Positions 1 to 12,870 of a stretch of DNA of 64,000 nt are shown here, piece by piece. The DNA is from Mobula hypostoma (lineage: Eukaryota): assembly GCF_963921235.1 (NCBI RefSeq), contig NC_086108.1:28274001-28338000 (forward strand). Direction: 5' to 3'. The notes under the pieces were generated by a model. It made no database searches and had not been told where the DNA came from. It saw only the letters and a program-made list of their open reading frames with translations. Positions within the stretch are counted from its first letter, which is position 1, and each line of letters opens with the position of its first letter. Both the position numbers and the translations under genes were made by a program.

Positions 1-102
1 AGAAGAACGGATCACAACTTTAATCTACAACAGTGCCCTGCAGCAACATTATCGGGAAGCTAGTCTTCAGTCCCCTCAGATCTCCTACACCCTTGGCCAG
101 AA

Positions 103-838
103 AATCAGAATTGGAGTCAGGTTTAATATCACAGCATATGTCGTGAAATTTGTGATCTTCACAGCAGGAGTGCAATGCAAACATAATAATAGAGAAAGAG
201 TGAATTACAGTCAGTATGCATATTTAAAATATAGTTAAATACTGTAAGTAGCACAAAAATTAAAATTTTTTGAAGTAGTGAAATAGTGTTCATGACCATT
301 CAGAATTCGGATGGCAGAGAGGTAGGAACTGAACCACTGACTGTGTGCTTCAGGCTTTTGTACCTCCTTTCTCATGGTAGCAATGAGAACTGGGTGCGTC
401 CTGGGTGATGGGGGTCCTCAATGATAGATGCCGCCTTTTTGAGGCATTGCTCCTTGAAGATGTCTTGGATTCTAGAGACTAGTGCCCATGATGGAGCTGA
501 CTAAGTTTTAAAGACTCTGCAGCTTATTTGGATCCTGTGCAATAGCCCTCTCCCTGCCAACTGGACTGTGATCAGCCAGTTAGAATGCTCTCCATGGTAC
601 ATCTGTAGAAATTTGAGAATTTTTTTTTGTGACATAGTAATTCTGCTCAAACTCTAATGAAATACAGTCGCTGCCTTGCCTTCTTTGTAGCTGCACCAGT
701 ACGCTGGGTCCAGGATAGATCCTGAGATGTTGACACCCAGCAACCTGACATTACTTACTTTCTGTCCTCTGTGAGGACTGCTGTGTGTTCCCTCATCTTA
801 CCCTTTCTGAAGTCCACAATCAGTTCTTTGGTCTGTTG
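103..838 (-). mobile_element. Rex1/Babar-like LINE 3' fragment
   Basis: The ATCAGAAT..GGTTTAATATC tail and body recur at 4391, 31780, 41231 and 45968; the minus strand is a degenerate RT C-terminus similar to the element at 36105-37494. Confidence 0.7.
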
Positions 839-1164
839 AAACTAGAAGATAAATTGCAAACTTCAAAAGGGTGATTGTTTGATTTTTAAAACTCAGAAAG
901 AAAATTGCATATGTCTGAAATGGAAGTAGAGTGCTGGAAACATTCAGCTGGTCAGGCAGCATCTGTGGAGAGAGAAACAGTGTTACTATTGCAAGTTGAA
1001 TACTGACCCCCTCATTACAACTGGGGTGAAAGAGAGAAAGCAAGTTTTAAGTTGCAGTGAGGATAGACAGGGAATGGATGTGATAAGGAATATTCTGTAG
1101 AGCAGATGCCCATCACAGAAATTCACTGATAGGGTCTTTGACTTGAAGCATTCACTTTTGTTTG

Positions 1165-1355
1165 TAGGGTTGTTTATTGAACCTGGAGGTTAGGTCACAA
1201 ACATTTTGTCACCAGTTGCAACAACACTCAGTTGCGCATCGATGATGTCACCTTGACTGGTGACGAAACGTTTGCGACCTAACCTCCAGGCTCACCGAAC
1301 AACCCTACAAACAAGTAGCCAACCTGAGCTACCAATGTTCTCTTTCATTTTAAAC
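1165..1355 (+). mobile_element. Penelope-like element end (second family) with degenerate minimal hammerhead at 1235-1276
   Basis: CGCA-TCGATGA-T-GTCACC-TTGACT-GGTGAC-GAAA-CG-TT-TGCG, followed by CAACCTGAGCTAC; partial inverted copy at about 1165-1215. Confidence 0.6.
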
Positions 1356-1784
1356 ATTCACTTTTACTCTCTCCATAGACCTGATGTTTTGTTTGTTTTT
1401 TGTTACCCAAAGTTATTGAAGCATAAATTGCATAAATGGAGATACAATGATAATCAATCATCACATTTTATGGCAGCGGAGACTCCGGGGCTAAATTGCC
1501 TTTCCTTTGTTGCTGATGTCATAATGAAATCGGTGAGTTTCAGTTGGAGGGGAAGGTACTGATTGAGCTCCTCACTGGTAGCCCATGTTGTGAATGCCTC
1601 GGTCTCAGTTTGCCCATTTCGGTAGGAAATGAGGCTACAGGGAATTACATAGAGCATGTGTGCTTAAAAAAGAACGAGACATGACAGGTAAAACTGACTT
1701 ATCCTAGGAGAATTTTTCCCATTTTTTTCTTTCTTTTGAAAGTATAGACTATTCTCCTCCTAAAACTGGCTAGTAGTATACCAC

Positions 1785-2095
1785 CGGCTGGGAAGTGATG
1801 GTCCCAGTGGGGATAGATTGGGAAGTGATGGTCCCAGTAGGGAAAGGCTGGGAAGTGATGGTCCCAGTAGGAATAGGCTGGGAAGTGATGATCCCAGTGG
1901 GGAAAGGCTGGAATGTGATGATTTCAAAGGAGATAGGCTAGGAAGTGATGGTCCCAATTTATGGCAAGTGATGATCCCAACAAGGATAGGCTGGGAAGCG
2001 AGGATCTCAATGGGGATAGGCTGGAAAGTGATTATCCCAAAGGAAATAGGCTGGGAAGTGATGGTCACAATTAATGGCCCAGTGGGTTTAGGCTA
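1785..2095. repeat. 30-bp minisatellite, block 1 (about 10 degenerate units)
   Basis: Unit GGCTGGGAAGTGATGGTCCCAGTGGGGATA repeated in tandem. Confidence 0.95.
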
Positions 2096-2099
2096 GGTA

Positions 2100-3762
2100 G
2101 TCAGTCAGAAGTGCCAAGTAGATGATCTAGCTCAGCCTCCTCCAGAAGTCCCCAGCATCCCAAATGTCAGTATGCAGCCCATCTGATTGATTCCACGTGA
2201 TGTTAAGAAATGGCTGAAAGCACTGGATACTGCAAAGTCTATGGGCCCAGACAAAATCCGGGCAATAGACCTGAAGACTTGTGTTCCAGAACTTGCTGTG
2301 TCACTAGCCAAGCACCTACCTGGCAATGTGGAAAATTGCCCAGGCATGTCCTGTACACAAGAAACAGGACAAGTCCAACCCAGCCAGTAACCACCCTATC
2401 AGCCTTCTCTCAATCATCAGCAAAGTAATGGAAGGGGTGATCAACAGTGCTATCATGAAGCACCTACTCAGCAATAACCTGCTTACGGATGTCCAGTTTG
2501 GGTTCCATCAAGGCCATTCAGCTCCTGACCTCATCACCTCCTTGGTCCAAACATGGAATAAGGAGCTAAATACCAGAGGTGACATGAGAGTGATAGCCCT
2601 CGACATCAAGGCAGCATTTGACCGAGTATGGCGTCAAGGTGCCCAAGCTAAAATGGAGTCAATGGGAATTCGGGGGGAAACCCTCTACTGGTTGGAATCA
2701 TACCTGACACAAAGGAAGTTGGTTGTGGTGGTTGGAGGTCAGTCATCTCAGCCTCAGGACATCACTGCAGGAGTTCCTCAGGGAAGTGTCTGAGGACCGA
2801 CCATCTTCAGCTGCTTCATCAATGACCTTCCTTCCGTCATAAGGTCAGAAGTGGGAATGTTCACAAATGGCTGCACAATGTTCTGCACCACGCGTGACTC
2901 CTCAGATAGTGAAACAGTTCATACCCAAATGCCATCAGGACCTGGACAATATCCAGGCTTGGGCTGACAAATGGCAAGTAACATTTGAGCCACGCAAGTG
3001 CCAGGCAATGACCATCTCCAACAACAGAGGCTCTAACCATCATCTCTTGACATTCAGTGGCATCACCATCACTGAATCCCCTACTATCAATATCCTGGGG
3101 GTTTCCATTGACAGGAAACTGAACTGGTCTAGACATATAAACACCACGGCTACCAGAGCAGGTCAGAGGCTAGGAATCCTGCGACATGTAATTCACCTCC
3201 TGACTCCCCAAAACCTGTCCACCATCCACAAGGCTCAGGTCGGGAGTGTAATGGAATACTCGCCACTCGCCCGGATGAGTGCAGCTCCATCAACACCCAA
3301 GGAGCTTGACACCATCCAATATAAGGCAGCCCACTTGATTGGTACCTCTTCCACAAGCATCCAATCCCCCACCATTGACAAACAGTTGCAGCAGTGTGTA
3401 CTATCTACAAGATGTACTGCAAGAACAAACCAAAGTTCGTCAGGCAGCACCTTCCAGATCCATGACTATTACCATCTAGAAGGATGAAAACAGCAGATAC
3501 CTGGGAGCACCACCACTTGGAAATCACCCTCCAAGTCAATCACCATCCTGACTTGGAAACATATCGCCATTCTTTCATTGTCGCTGGTTCAAAATCATGG
3601 AATTCCCTCCTTAACAGCACTGTGGGTGTACCTACACCTCAGAAACTGCAGCGGTTCAAGAAGGCAGGTCATCACCACCTTCTCATGGGCAACTAGGGAT
3701 GGGCAATAAATGCTGGCTTAGCTGGAAACGCCCACTTCGCGTAAATGAATAAATAAAAAAAA
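2100..3762 (+). mobile_element. 5'-truncated CR1/L2-group LINE (frameshifted RT, A-rich tail) between the two minisatellite blocks
   Basis: ORFs with WKIAQACPVHKK, LDIKAAFDRVW, GVPQGSV and QAWADKWQVTF; ends AATAAATAAAAAAAA. Confidence 0.9.
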
Positions 3763-4186
3763 GGGATGGTCCCAGTGGGGATAGGCTGGAAAGTGATGGT
3801 CCCAGTGGGAAAAGGCTGGGAAGTGATGGTCACAGTGGGGATAGGCTGGGAAGTGATGGTCCCAGTGGGAAAAGGCTGGGAAGTGATGGTCACCGTGGGG
3901 ATAAGCTGGGAAGCGATGGTCCCAGTGGGGATAGGCTGGAAAGTGATGGTCCCAGTGGGAAAAGGCTGGGAAGCGATGGTCCCAGTGGGAAAAGGCTAGG
4001 AAGTGATGGTCACAGTGGGGATAGGCTGGGAAGCGATGGACCAAGTGAGAAAAGGCTGGGAAGTGATGGTCCCAGTGGGGATAGGCTGGGAAGTGATGGT
4101 CACAATGAATGGCCATTGAGGGTCACAGTAGGTATAGGCTAACCAGTGATAGTTCCAGTGGGGATAGGATGGAAAGTGATGGTCGC
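3763..4186. repeat. 30-bp minisatellite, block 2 (about 14 more homogeneous units)
   Basis: Same unit as block 1, with GGGGATAGG and GGGAAAAGG variants largely alternating. Confidence 0.95.
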
Positions 4187-4390
4187 AGCTCTCAGCCTAC
4201 TAGTAAAGAGCATCAAAAGGAGTTAAAATACATTGCACCTGATGTTGCTGCTTCAACGTAGTCTGGTCTTGCCACTAGAATCAATGGAACAACAAACCAG
4301 CCTCTGTCAATATTGTTTATTGACCTAGGAGAGTTTAACCTAATGTCAACAAGTACAAAAGTGACTGAAGAAACGCCTCCAATCTTTATG

Positions 4391-4998
4391 AATCAGAATC
4401 AGGTTTAATATCACCAACACATGTCATGAAATATGTTAACTTTACAACAACAGTACAAAAAAGTACATGATAAATAGAGAAAAAAACAGAATTACAGTAA
4501 GTATGCCTATTAAATCGTTAAAATAGTGTGCTAAAAGAGAAATATTAAAGTAGTGAGATAGTTTTATAGGTTCAATGTCCATTTAGAAATTGGATGGCAG
4601 ATGGGAAGAAGCTGTTCTGAATCACAGTGTGTGTGCCTTCAAGCTTCTGTACCTCCTTCCCGATAGTAACATTGAGAAGGGGGCATGTCCTGGCTAGTTG
4701 TGATCCTTAATGATGCAAGCCACCTTCCTAAGGCACTGCACTTTCAAAATGGCTTGGATACTACAGAGGCTAGTACCCATGATGGAGCCAACTAATTTTA
4801 CAAGTTTCTGCAACTTACTTCAATCTTATACAGTAGCACCCCCTTCCCCCATACCAAACAGTGATGCAACCATTCAGAATGCTCTCCACAGTACGTTTGT
4901 AGGTTTTCAAGTGTTTTGTTTAACAAACCAAATCTCCTCTAACTGCTAATGAAATATAGCCACTGTCTTGCGTTCTTTATAGCTGCATCAATATGTAT
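4391..4998 (-). mobile_element. Rex1/Babar-like LINE 3' fragment
   Basis: AATCAGAATCAGGTTTAATATC tail; similar to 103-838. Confidence 0.7.
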
Positions 4999-5254
4999 GC
5001 AAGTGAAAACCAAAATACTGCAGATGCTGGAAATCTAGAATAAAAATAGGACATGCTGCAAACATTCCGTAGGATGTGTGGCATCTGGGAAGAGAAACAG
5101 AGTTAACTTCTCAAGTTGAATACCTTTCATCAAGACTGAGAAGGAGACAAAGGGGATAAACTGTTAATTAGGATATCTGGTCAATGAGAAAATGGGAACT
5201 GTCAGATGTGGAGAACATAGCATAAAAATGTAGGAATTATATGATGCAGTGCAG

Positions 5255-5650
5255 AAACTGGGTACTTCATCAAAGACTCCAGCAGATTTCTATAGAAGTA
5301 CTCTGCAGAGCATGCTAACAGTTACATCACCATCTGGTGTGGAGAGTTAGAAAAAATTGCAGAGGATTATAAATTCAACTAACTCTATCATGGGCACTAG
5401 CATCCCCAACATCGAGGACATTTTCAAAAGGCAGTGCCTCAGAAAAGTGGCACCCATCATTAGAGACCGCCACCAGCCAGGGCATGCTCTCTTCTCATTA
5501 CTACCGTCAGAGAGGAGGCACAGGAGCCTGAAGGCACACACTCAACACTTTAGTAACAGCTTCATCCCCTCTGCCATCAGATTTCTGAATGGATAATGAA
5601 GCCATGAGCGCTACCTCACTAGTATTACTCTCTTTCTGTACTACTCATTA
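5255..5650 (+). mobile_element. Rex1/Babar-like LINE 3' fragment
   Basis: ORF 5357-5596 IIRDRHQPGHALFSLLPS...FSNSFIPSAIRFLN is homologous to the end of ORF 36530-37252. Confidence 0.8.
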
Positions 5651-5861
5651 TATATACAGTGTGATACACAAGCCAGGCATTACATTATGGAGAGCAAACT
5701 GTTGCCCATGCAGCAGGCTCACCCTCTCCAAGCAACTGATGAATCCAAAGGAACAGCAGAGATCAATACAGCTTTGCACCAGCAGCATCACAGGGATTGC
5801 CAGATAGAGTTGAACTCAGGGACTACAGCTCCAGATTTTTCCTTGGGGTTTACTCTGGAAG

Positions 5862-5950
5862 CCTGGCGAAGGGTCTCGGCCTGAAACGTCGACTGTACCT
5901 CTTCCTAGAGATGCTGCCTGGCCTGCTGCATTCACCAGCAACTTTGATCT
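5862..5950 (+). mobile_element. Single-arm Penelope-like fragment with mutated hammerhead motif
   Basis: CCTGGCGAAGGGTCTCGGCCTGAAACGTCGACTGTACC... nearly identical to 14200-14288. Confidence 0.8.
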
Positions 5951-6296
5951 GCCCAAAGTGACTGGTTTTAAGGTGCCAGTAACCCGTATTTGCCCCTTCT
6001 CCTGTCAGTAGAAACATTTCCTCTGGGCTTGGTAGCTAAGCCACACAGGAAGGTCAGTAGCTGGACTTGGTTGTTAGAGGCTATTTGAGATGCATGGCAT
6101 GCATGCCATTTGGAGCGTTTAATAGGTAGTGCGAACCTATAGCCTGGTTATGACAATGTTAAGCAACCTTATGTATATGTATGTGTGTGTGTATGTATAT
6201 ATACACATACACATAAACACACATACATATATATAATGTTGCTTAAAGTATGTCATGAAATTTGATTTTTGCAGCAGTCGTACAGTGCAAAGTACA

Positions 6297-7835
6297 CAGT
6301 GCCTATAAAAAGTATTCACCTTGCTTAGAAGTTTTCATATTTTATTGTTTTACAACTTTGAATCACAGTGGATTTAATTTGGCTTTTTTGACACTGATCA
6401 ATAGAAAAGACTTTTGTGTCAAAGTGAAAACAGATCTCTACAAAATGATCTAAATTAATTACAAATATAAAACACAAAATAATTGATTGCATAAGTATTC
6501 ACCCCCCCCACCCTTTAATAAGACATACCAAATCATCACGGTGCAGCCAATTGGTTTTAGAAGTCACATAATTCATTAAATGGAAATTTTTTTGGGACCT
6601 GTATGCATCGAAGGTGTTTCAATTAATTTTAGTAAAAATACACCTGTATCTGGAAGGTCCAACTGCTGGTGAGTTAGTATCCTGGTAAAAACTATACCAT
6701 GAAGACAAAAGAACACTCCAAGCACTCCGCAAAAATGTTAGTGAAAAGCACACATCAGGAGATGGATACAAGAAAATTTCCAAGTCACTGAATATCCTTT
6801 GGAGTACAGTTAAATAAGTAATCAAAAAATGGAAAGAACATGGTACAGCTGTAAATCTGCCTAGAGCAGGCCATCCTCAAAACTGAGTGACCGTACAAGA
6901 AGGGGAATAGTGAGGGAGGCCACCAAGAGACCTATGACAAGAGTGGCAAAGAGAAAGCCACTGTTAGAAGAAACTCCCATGAAATCTCAGCTAGAGTTTG
7001 CCAGAAGGCATGTGGAAGTCTCTGAAGTCAGCTGGAAGAAGGTTCTATGATCTGATGAAAACAAAATTGAGCATTTTGGCCATCAGACAAAGGGCTATGT
7101 TTGGTGCAAACCAAACACCACACATCATCAAAAACACACCATCCCTACCATGAAGCATAGTGGTGGCTGCATCATGCTGTGGGGATGCTTCACTGCAGCA
7201 GGCCCTGGAAGGCTTGTGAAAGAGGGTAAAATGAATGCAGCAAAATACAGGGAAATCCTGGAGGAAAACCTGATGCAGTCTGCAAGAGAACTGCGACTTG
7301 GGAGAAGATTCGTTTTCCAACAAGACAATGACCCCAAGTATAAAGCCAAAACTACACAGGAATGGCTTAAAAACGACAATGTTAATGCCCTAGTGTGGCC
7401 AAGTCAGAGTACAGACCTCAATCCAATTGAGAGTTTGTGGCTGGACTTGAAAAGGACTGTTCACTCACAATCCCCATGCAATCTGACAGAGCTTGAGCAG
7501 TTTTGTAAAGAAAAATGGGAAAAATTTGCAGTGTCCAGATATGCAAAGCTGATAGAGATCTATCCACACAGACTCAAGGCTGTAGTTGCTGCTAAAGGTG
7601 CATCTACTAAATACTGACTTGAAGGGGTAAATACTTGTGCAATCAATTATTTTGTATTTTGTATGTGTAATTAATTTAGATCACTTTGTAGAGATCTGTT
7701 TTCATTTTGACAAAAAGACTGTTTTTCTGTTGATGTGTAAATAAAGCCAAATTAAATCCACTGCGATTCAATGTTGTAAGCAATAAAACATGAAAACTTC
7801 CACTGGAGGGGGGTGAATACTTTTTATAGGCACTG
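6297..7835 (+). mobile_element. Tc1-family (DD34E) DNA transposon, near full length, transposase disrupted
   Basis: Roughly 200-bp TIRs (CAGTGCCTATAAAAAGTATTCACC / GGTGAATACTTTTTATAGGCACTG); TA on the right flank, CA on the left. Motifs SDENK, QQDNDPK and DLNPIE with 34 residues between the second D and the E. Stops and frameshifts in the N-terminal half. Confidence 0.95.
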
Positions 7836-8407
7836 TAAACTACACTCTGAAATACACAAATCAATAAATAAACAAATAAGTAAATAGATATTTTTGTATT
7901 TAATAGTGTTGTTTATGTATAGCGTAGTACTACTGCTGCAAAACATCCAATTTCATGACATATACTATTAGTAATATATCTGATTCTGAGGGAGACTGGA
8001 CATGTCCTCCACTCCCAAGCAAAAGAAAAAGAATAATTCTTGTTTACAGCTTATCTCCATGAGCACACTGGTTTCACCCTGTCAGAGGCATCTCCCTCCT
8101 CTACCCACTCTGAATCTTGATAAGTTTCTTTTGTCTCCTTCACAGTTCTGATGAGGGGTCCTTTCCTGAAACATTAGTTTTAACTCTCATCAAATAGATG
8201 CTGCCTGGCCTGCTGAGCATTTTTCACCATATTTTATTTCTTACCTTTATTTTTCCCATTGTATGTGGGATTTCCAAGACTTTCATTCTGAGAGTTGGGT
8301 ACTAACTTTATCAGCCCCCTCCCCAAGTGGTTGCTGAAGCAGCCCCACATATATCCGGCTGATAATTGAATCCTGTCAGTTACCCCAACATACAGCAAAA
8401 TCAAGTT

Positions 8408-8614
8408 ACACACATCCAAGTTGCTGGTGAACACAGCAGGCCAGGCAGCACCTCTAGGAAGAGGTACAGTTGACGTTTCGGGCCGAAGGGACTCGGCCCG
8501 AAATGTCGACTGTACCTCTTCCTGGAGATGCTGCCTGGCCTGCTGCGTTCACCAGCAACTTGGATGTGTGTTGCTTGAATTTCCAGCATCTGCAGAATTC
8601 CTCGTGTTTACGTT
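8408..8614 (+). mobile_element. Fold-back Penelope-like mini-insertion with 14-bp TSD
   Basis: Inverted arms centred at about 8488; AGCAAAATCAAGTT at 8394-8407 and 8615-8628. Confidence 0.85.
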
Positions 8615-10279
8615 AGCAAAATCAAGTTGACTGCTTTCCCATCTGGCCACAAAAACCTCCAACCATTTTCCCATCTTGAAGCAAAACATTGGCCCAGGAA
8701 GATTTAGTTACGGGGCTGCTCTACAACGAATAGAGAGGTCATACCCTTGGAAAGGAAACAAATGCCATCAAAGATCATGAACTTTACTTTGTAAGTGACC
8801 TCCTGTTAATGAAGCTGATGGGCTAAATGCACCGGCTTTTTAGTCATGCAAAGCATTCACACCATCTTATTTGCATTGATTATCCAAATGCATCGCTGGG
8901 ACCTGCAGTCTCTTGGCTTTCAACCCAGCTGCAACCATACTCTGCTCCGGCAATTCTAGTAGGTACAACTGTTAGGGCAAGTTGACCATTCCTGTTATTC
9001 ATTCATGTTAACTGCAGCAATTTAAGCACACAAAAGGTTTTTAGCCTGGACAGGGACCAAGGGAGTGATGCAAGATTTCTAGTGTTGAGGAAGGCATAAT
9101 AGACTCCGGGGAGAAGGCAGCAGCTGTAGTCTTTTCCCTTTGTAAAGAGTGGAGGGGCTGGATTAAATACTCTGGGGGGTTGAAAGGAACCAACACAAAA
9201 CATCATGTGTCATAGTAAATAGAATGGGCCTATATATCAACAGAGAATATAGTGAAAGTGTGGGTCCCACAGGGTAATAGAGTTATTCATGAGCATTACA
9301 AAAATTCACGAGAGAAGTATACCACTGAAAAAAATAGGAATTACATTGTTTAAAAGTATTGAGAGTTATTTTTGTCTTTAGTGCAGTGTAGGTTTGTAAT
9401 TGCAGATTCAAGTTTTATTTCTGTTTTAACTAATATTATGGATGAAGAAAACTTAGAAAATTCACCTTTTACTTATATACACTAATAAATCTCCACACTG
9501 GCGATGTATTTTATATTGTCAACTGGAATTTTTGCTTCAAAGGATGCAGTTTTCAAAAGACAGACATCAATTAATTCGTTAGGGGATGCTTAATCAAACA
9601 CACTATTTTGTGGTGTGTCCAAGCTAACTCAAGGGAAAATAACCTGCAACTATAATATCCTGAGCAGATCTGAGTAACTTGGAATGCATAAGGATTTTGT
9701 AGTTGTTACCAATTAAGTGCAGTTCATTATCCAAACTGAAGTTGAGGAACTTACCCAAAGATATTTTTTCAAATAAACGTCCTGAATGAAACTGAAATAA
9801 AAATCAAATAATTCAGATAATCTAATAATGTTGATTTATAAAATGCACAGAGATTTTACAAGCACTCAGTTCAAAGTTTTCTCATTTATATTTCAGAGAC
9901 AGTCTACGAAGTGCTGAATGGAGTTAGAAGAGCTATTTTCTGGTGTAGTTATGGGATGAAAGTTGGAGTACTTCCTGTAGAATTTCTAGAATGAGTTGTG
10001 TGTTGGAATTTATTTGGTCATGGGATCTGGATTTAGATGTTGCATCAGATAATCTGTCACAGGAAACAGGAAAGACTGTGCTCATGGATGTCTCAAACCA
10101 TTTACACCCAATTAAATATTATCCCTCCATTTCATAGCATAGCCTCAGCATTGGCTATGGGGATCTGTGGCCACTGATTAACACACAGCAAGATCACAAA
10201 ACTACAGTGACTAATAATCTTTTGATATTGTCAATTGATGGTATATTTCAGACAATTATGGAGCTGGTAATAAAATCTC

Positions 10280-10620
10280 CAAAACAGGCAAATCTTGAAA
10301 AACATCATTTTATAAGAAAGATATTGTGTTTGCAGTTTCTTGAAGTTGATAAAAAAAATGTTGGATGTTATCATATGGAGTTTCACACACTTCGATGCAA
10401 AGCCACCCAATGGATGAAAACTATACATGGAAATAATGTAAAGAAGTTGTGTTCAAACCAGGATGTTGTAAGTGGAATTGGTATGGTGGAATTTAAAAGC
10501 TTACTTCAAAGAATTTGGAACCTGGGTAATGGTCTGGGCCAAAGTTGTGATGACATAGCAATTAGTTCTCAAGATGGATGAAGGAATAGTTAAAGAGATA
10601 CAAATGAGTTGTTCACAGGA
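10280..10620 (+). mobile_element. Very old CR1 RT remnant
   Basis: FLEVD..VGCYHMEFH weakly resembles CR1 FFEEV..VDVVYMDF; QDVVSG follows. Confidence 0.35.
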
Positions 10621-11199
10621 CATCACTAGTGAATTTGACACTTATCATCCATAATGGTTCCTGCTGTGAAGAGATATAGAAGTTGACTAATGTAGTGTAT
10701 TTGGAGTTACTCCTAGACTAAACTAAGTAAGAATGGTACATTTCTGATATTGATGCTAGTTTATTTTTTCTTTTATTACCTGAAATTGAATTGTCCAATT
10801 GCCATGGTAGGCTTTCTGTTCATGTCCTAAGATTATTGGTTCAGAAGGTTGGCTGCCAATCCACTAAATTTACCGCAAAAATACCATACCTCTTCCCAGG
10901 GAACAGAAAGGAAATAGGACTGTACTGAACACTGTAAAAGTACTCAGGCAAAGGTGGGACTAGCTGGATTGAAGAGTTATAGTTTCTCCCAGCTCTACTG
11001 ATTTATTATTGACCTTCCAAACTTCTGATCCTGTCATTTTTCCTACTTCACCCATCCCACATGGAAATCCCCCACATTCACATAGTTAGTACTGCGAATG
11101 CTTCTAGGTCAGAAGAATGAGTGTAAGGATGCAGAGACATAGCAGCACTTCCTGATTAACTTGGGTAAGCAATAGAATAGCTCAAGAGAAGCCATCAGG

Positions 11200-12870
11200 C
11201 CATAAGACAGGAACAGAATTAGGTCATTCAGGCCTTTGAGTCTGCTCCACTATTCGATCATGGCTGATGTACTTTTCTGTCTCCACCCATTCTCCTGCCT
11301 TCTCCTCCTAACCTTTAACACCCTTTCTAATCAAACGCCTGTCAGCTTCCACTTTAAATATATTCCATGGCATGCCCTTCCAGCCATCTGTGGCAATGAA
11401 TTCCACAAATTCACCACCTTCTGGATAAATAAGATCCTTCTCATCTCTGTTCTAAAGGGATGTCCTTTGATTGAGGCTGCACCCTCAAGTTCTTGACTCT
11501 CCTACCACTCGAAAGATCTTCTCCATGTCCACTCTACATAGGCCTTTCAATAATTGGTAGGTTTCAGTGAGAACCCCCTCATCTTTCTAAACTCCAATGA
11601 ACCATTAAACATTTCTTATGCATGAAGTCTTTCATCCCAGCAATCATTGTTGTGAACTGCCCCTGGAGCCTCTCCAATGCCAGCACCCGCCTCCTTAGAT
11701 ATAGGACCCAAAAATACTCACTGTACTCCAAATATAGTGTGACCAATGTCTTATAAAGCCTTGGCATTTCATTATTGCTTGTATAGTTTAGTCCTCTGGA
11801 AGTGAATGCTAAAAAATTGCACTTGAGTTCCTTCTACCAACTCAACCTGTAAGTTAAACTTTAGGGAATCCTGCAGTAAGACTCTTAAGTCAATTTGCAC
11901 CTTCAATTTCTGAATTCTCTTTTCATTTAGAGAATAGTCCACGTCTTTATTCCTTTTACCAAAGTGCACGATCATACACTTCCCTACATTATATTCCATA
12001 TGCCACTCCTTTGCCCATTCTCCTCATCCGTCCAAGTCCTTCTGCAGACTCCCTGTTCCCTCAACACTATCTACCCCTCCCACCTATCTTTGTATCATCC
12101 ACAAACTAGGCCACAAAGCTGTCAATTCATCCACATTACTAACATACAAGGTGAAAAATGGTGGACCCTACACCAACACCTGCAGAACAATACTAGTCAC
12201 CGGAAGCCAGCTAGTCCCAGTTTTGCCTTCTGCCAGTCAGCAAATCTTCTGTCCATACTAATACCTCTCCTCTAATTCCATGGTCTCAATGTCTTCTTTA
12301 GAAGTCTCATTGTGGCAACTTGTCAAATGCCTTCTGTAAATCCAAGTAAACAACATCCACTGACTCTCCTTTGTCTTTCCTTCTTGTTACTTCTTAAAAG
12401 AATTCCAACAAATCTGTCAGGAAAAATCTCCCCTGAAGGCAACTGTGGTGGCACACTCTAATTTCCAGCATGTTGCTAGTGTCTCCACAATGAAAACTGA
12501 TGCAAAGTACTTAATCAGTTGTTTAATTGTTCTTCATTGCTACTTTTCCAGTATCATTTTCCAATGGTCAATGTCCATTCTTTTCTCTCTTTTACTCTTT
12601 ATATATGAAAAAACTTATATACAGTATCTGAAAAAGCTCTTTTATATTACCCTGTATTCGCTAACTTACCTTCATGTTTCATTTTCTTCTCCCCTTATTG
12701 CTTTATTAGGTGCCTTCTTTTTGTTTTTAGAAGTTTCCTAATGCTCTAGCTTCCTGCTACAATTTCCAATATTATACATCCTCTCGTTCTCATTTATGTT
12801 GACTTTGACTTCCCTTGGCAGCCATGGCTGCATTATCCTCCCTTAAAAATGCCTTTTACTTTTTTTGAGC
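11200..12870 (-). mobile_element. CR1 LINE fragments
   Basis: Minus-strand ORFs LYKTLVTLYLEYSEYFW and MEYNVGKCMIVHFG; 3' tail near 11200. Confidence 0.85.

Noticed and set aside
1760..4186. Repeat array as CRISPR, or its repetitive ORFs (GSDGPS, HWDHHFPA) as proteins
   Set aside because: Head-to-tail units with no unique spacers in eukaryotic DNA; the ORFs stay open only because the 30-bp unit is a multiple of 3.
9897..9993. TTTCAG-preceded stretch (EVLNGVRRAIFWC) as the penultimate QSOX1 exon
   Set aside because: Lacks the FFGCxxC and LWxxHNxVN motifs and hits a stop.
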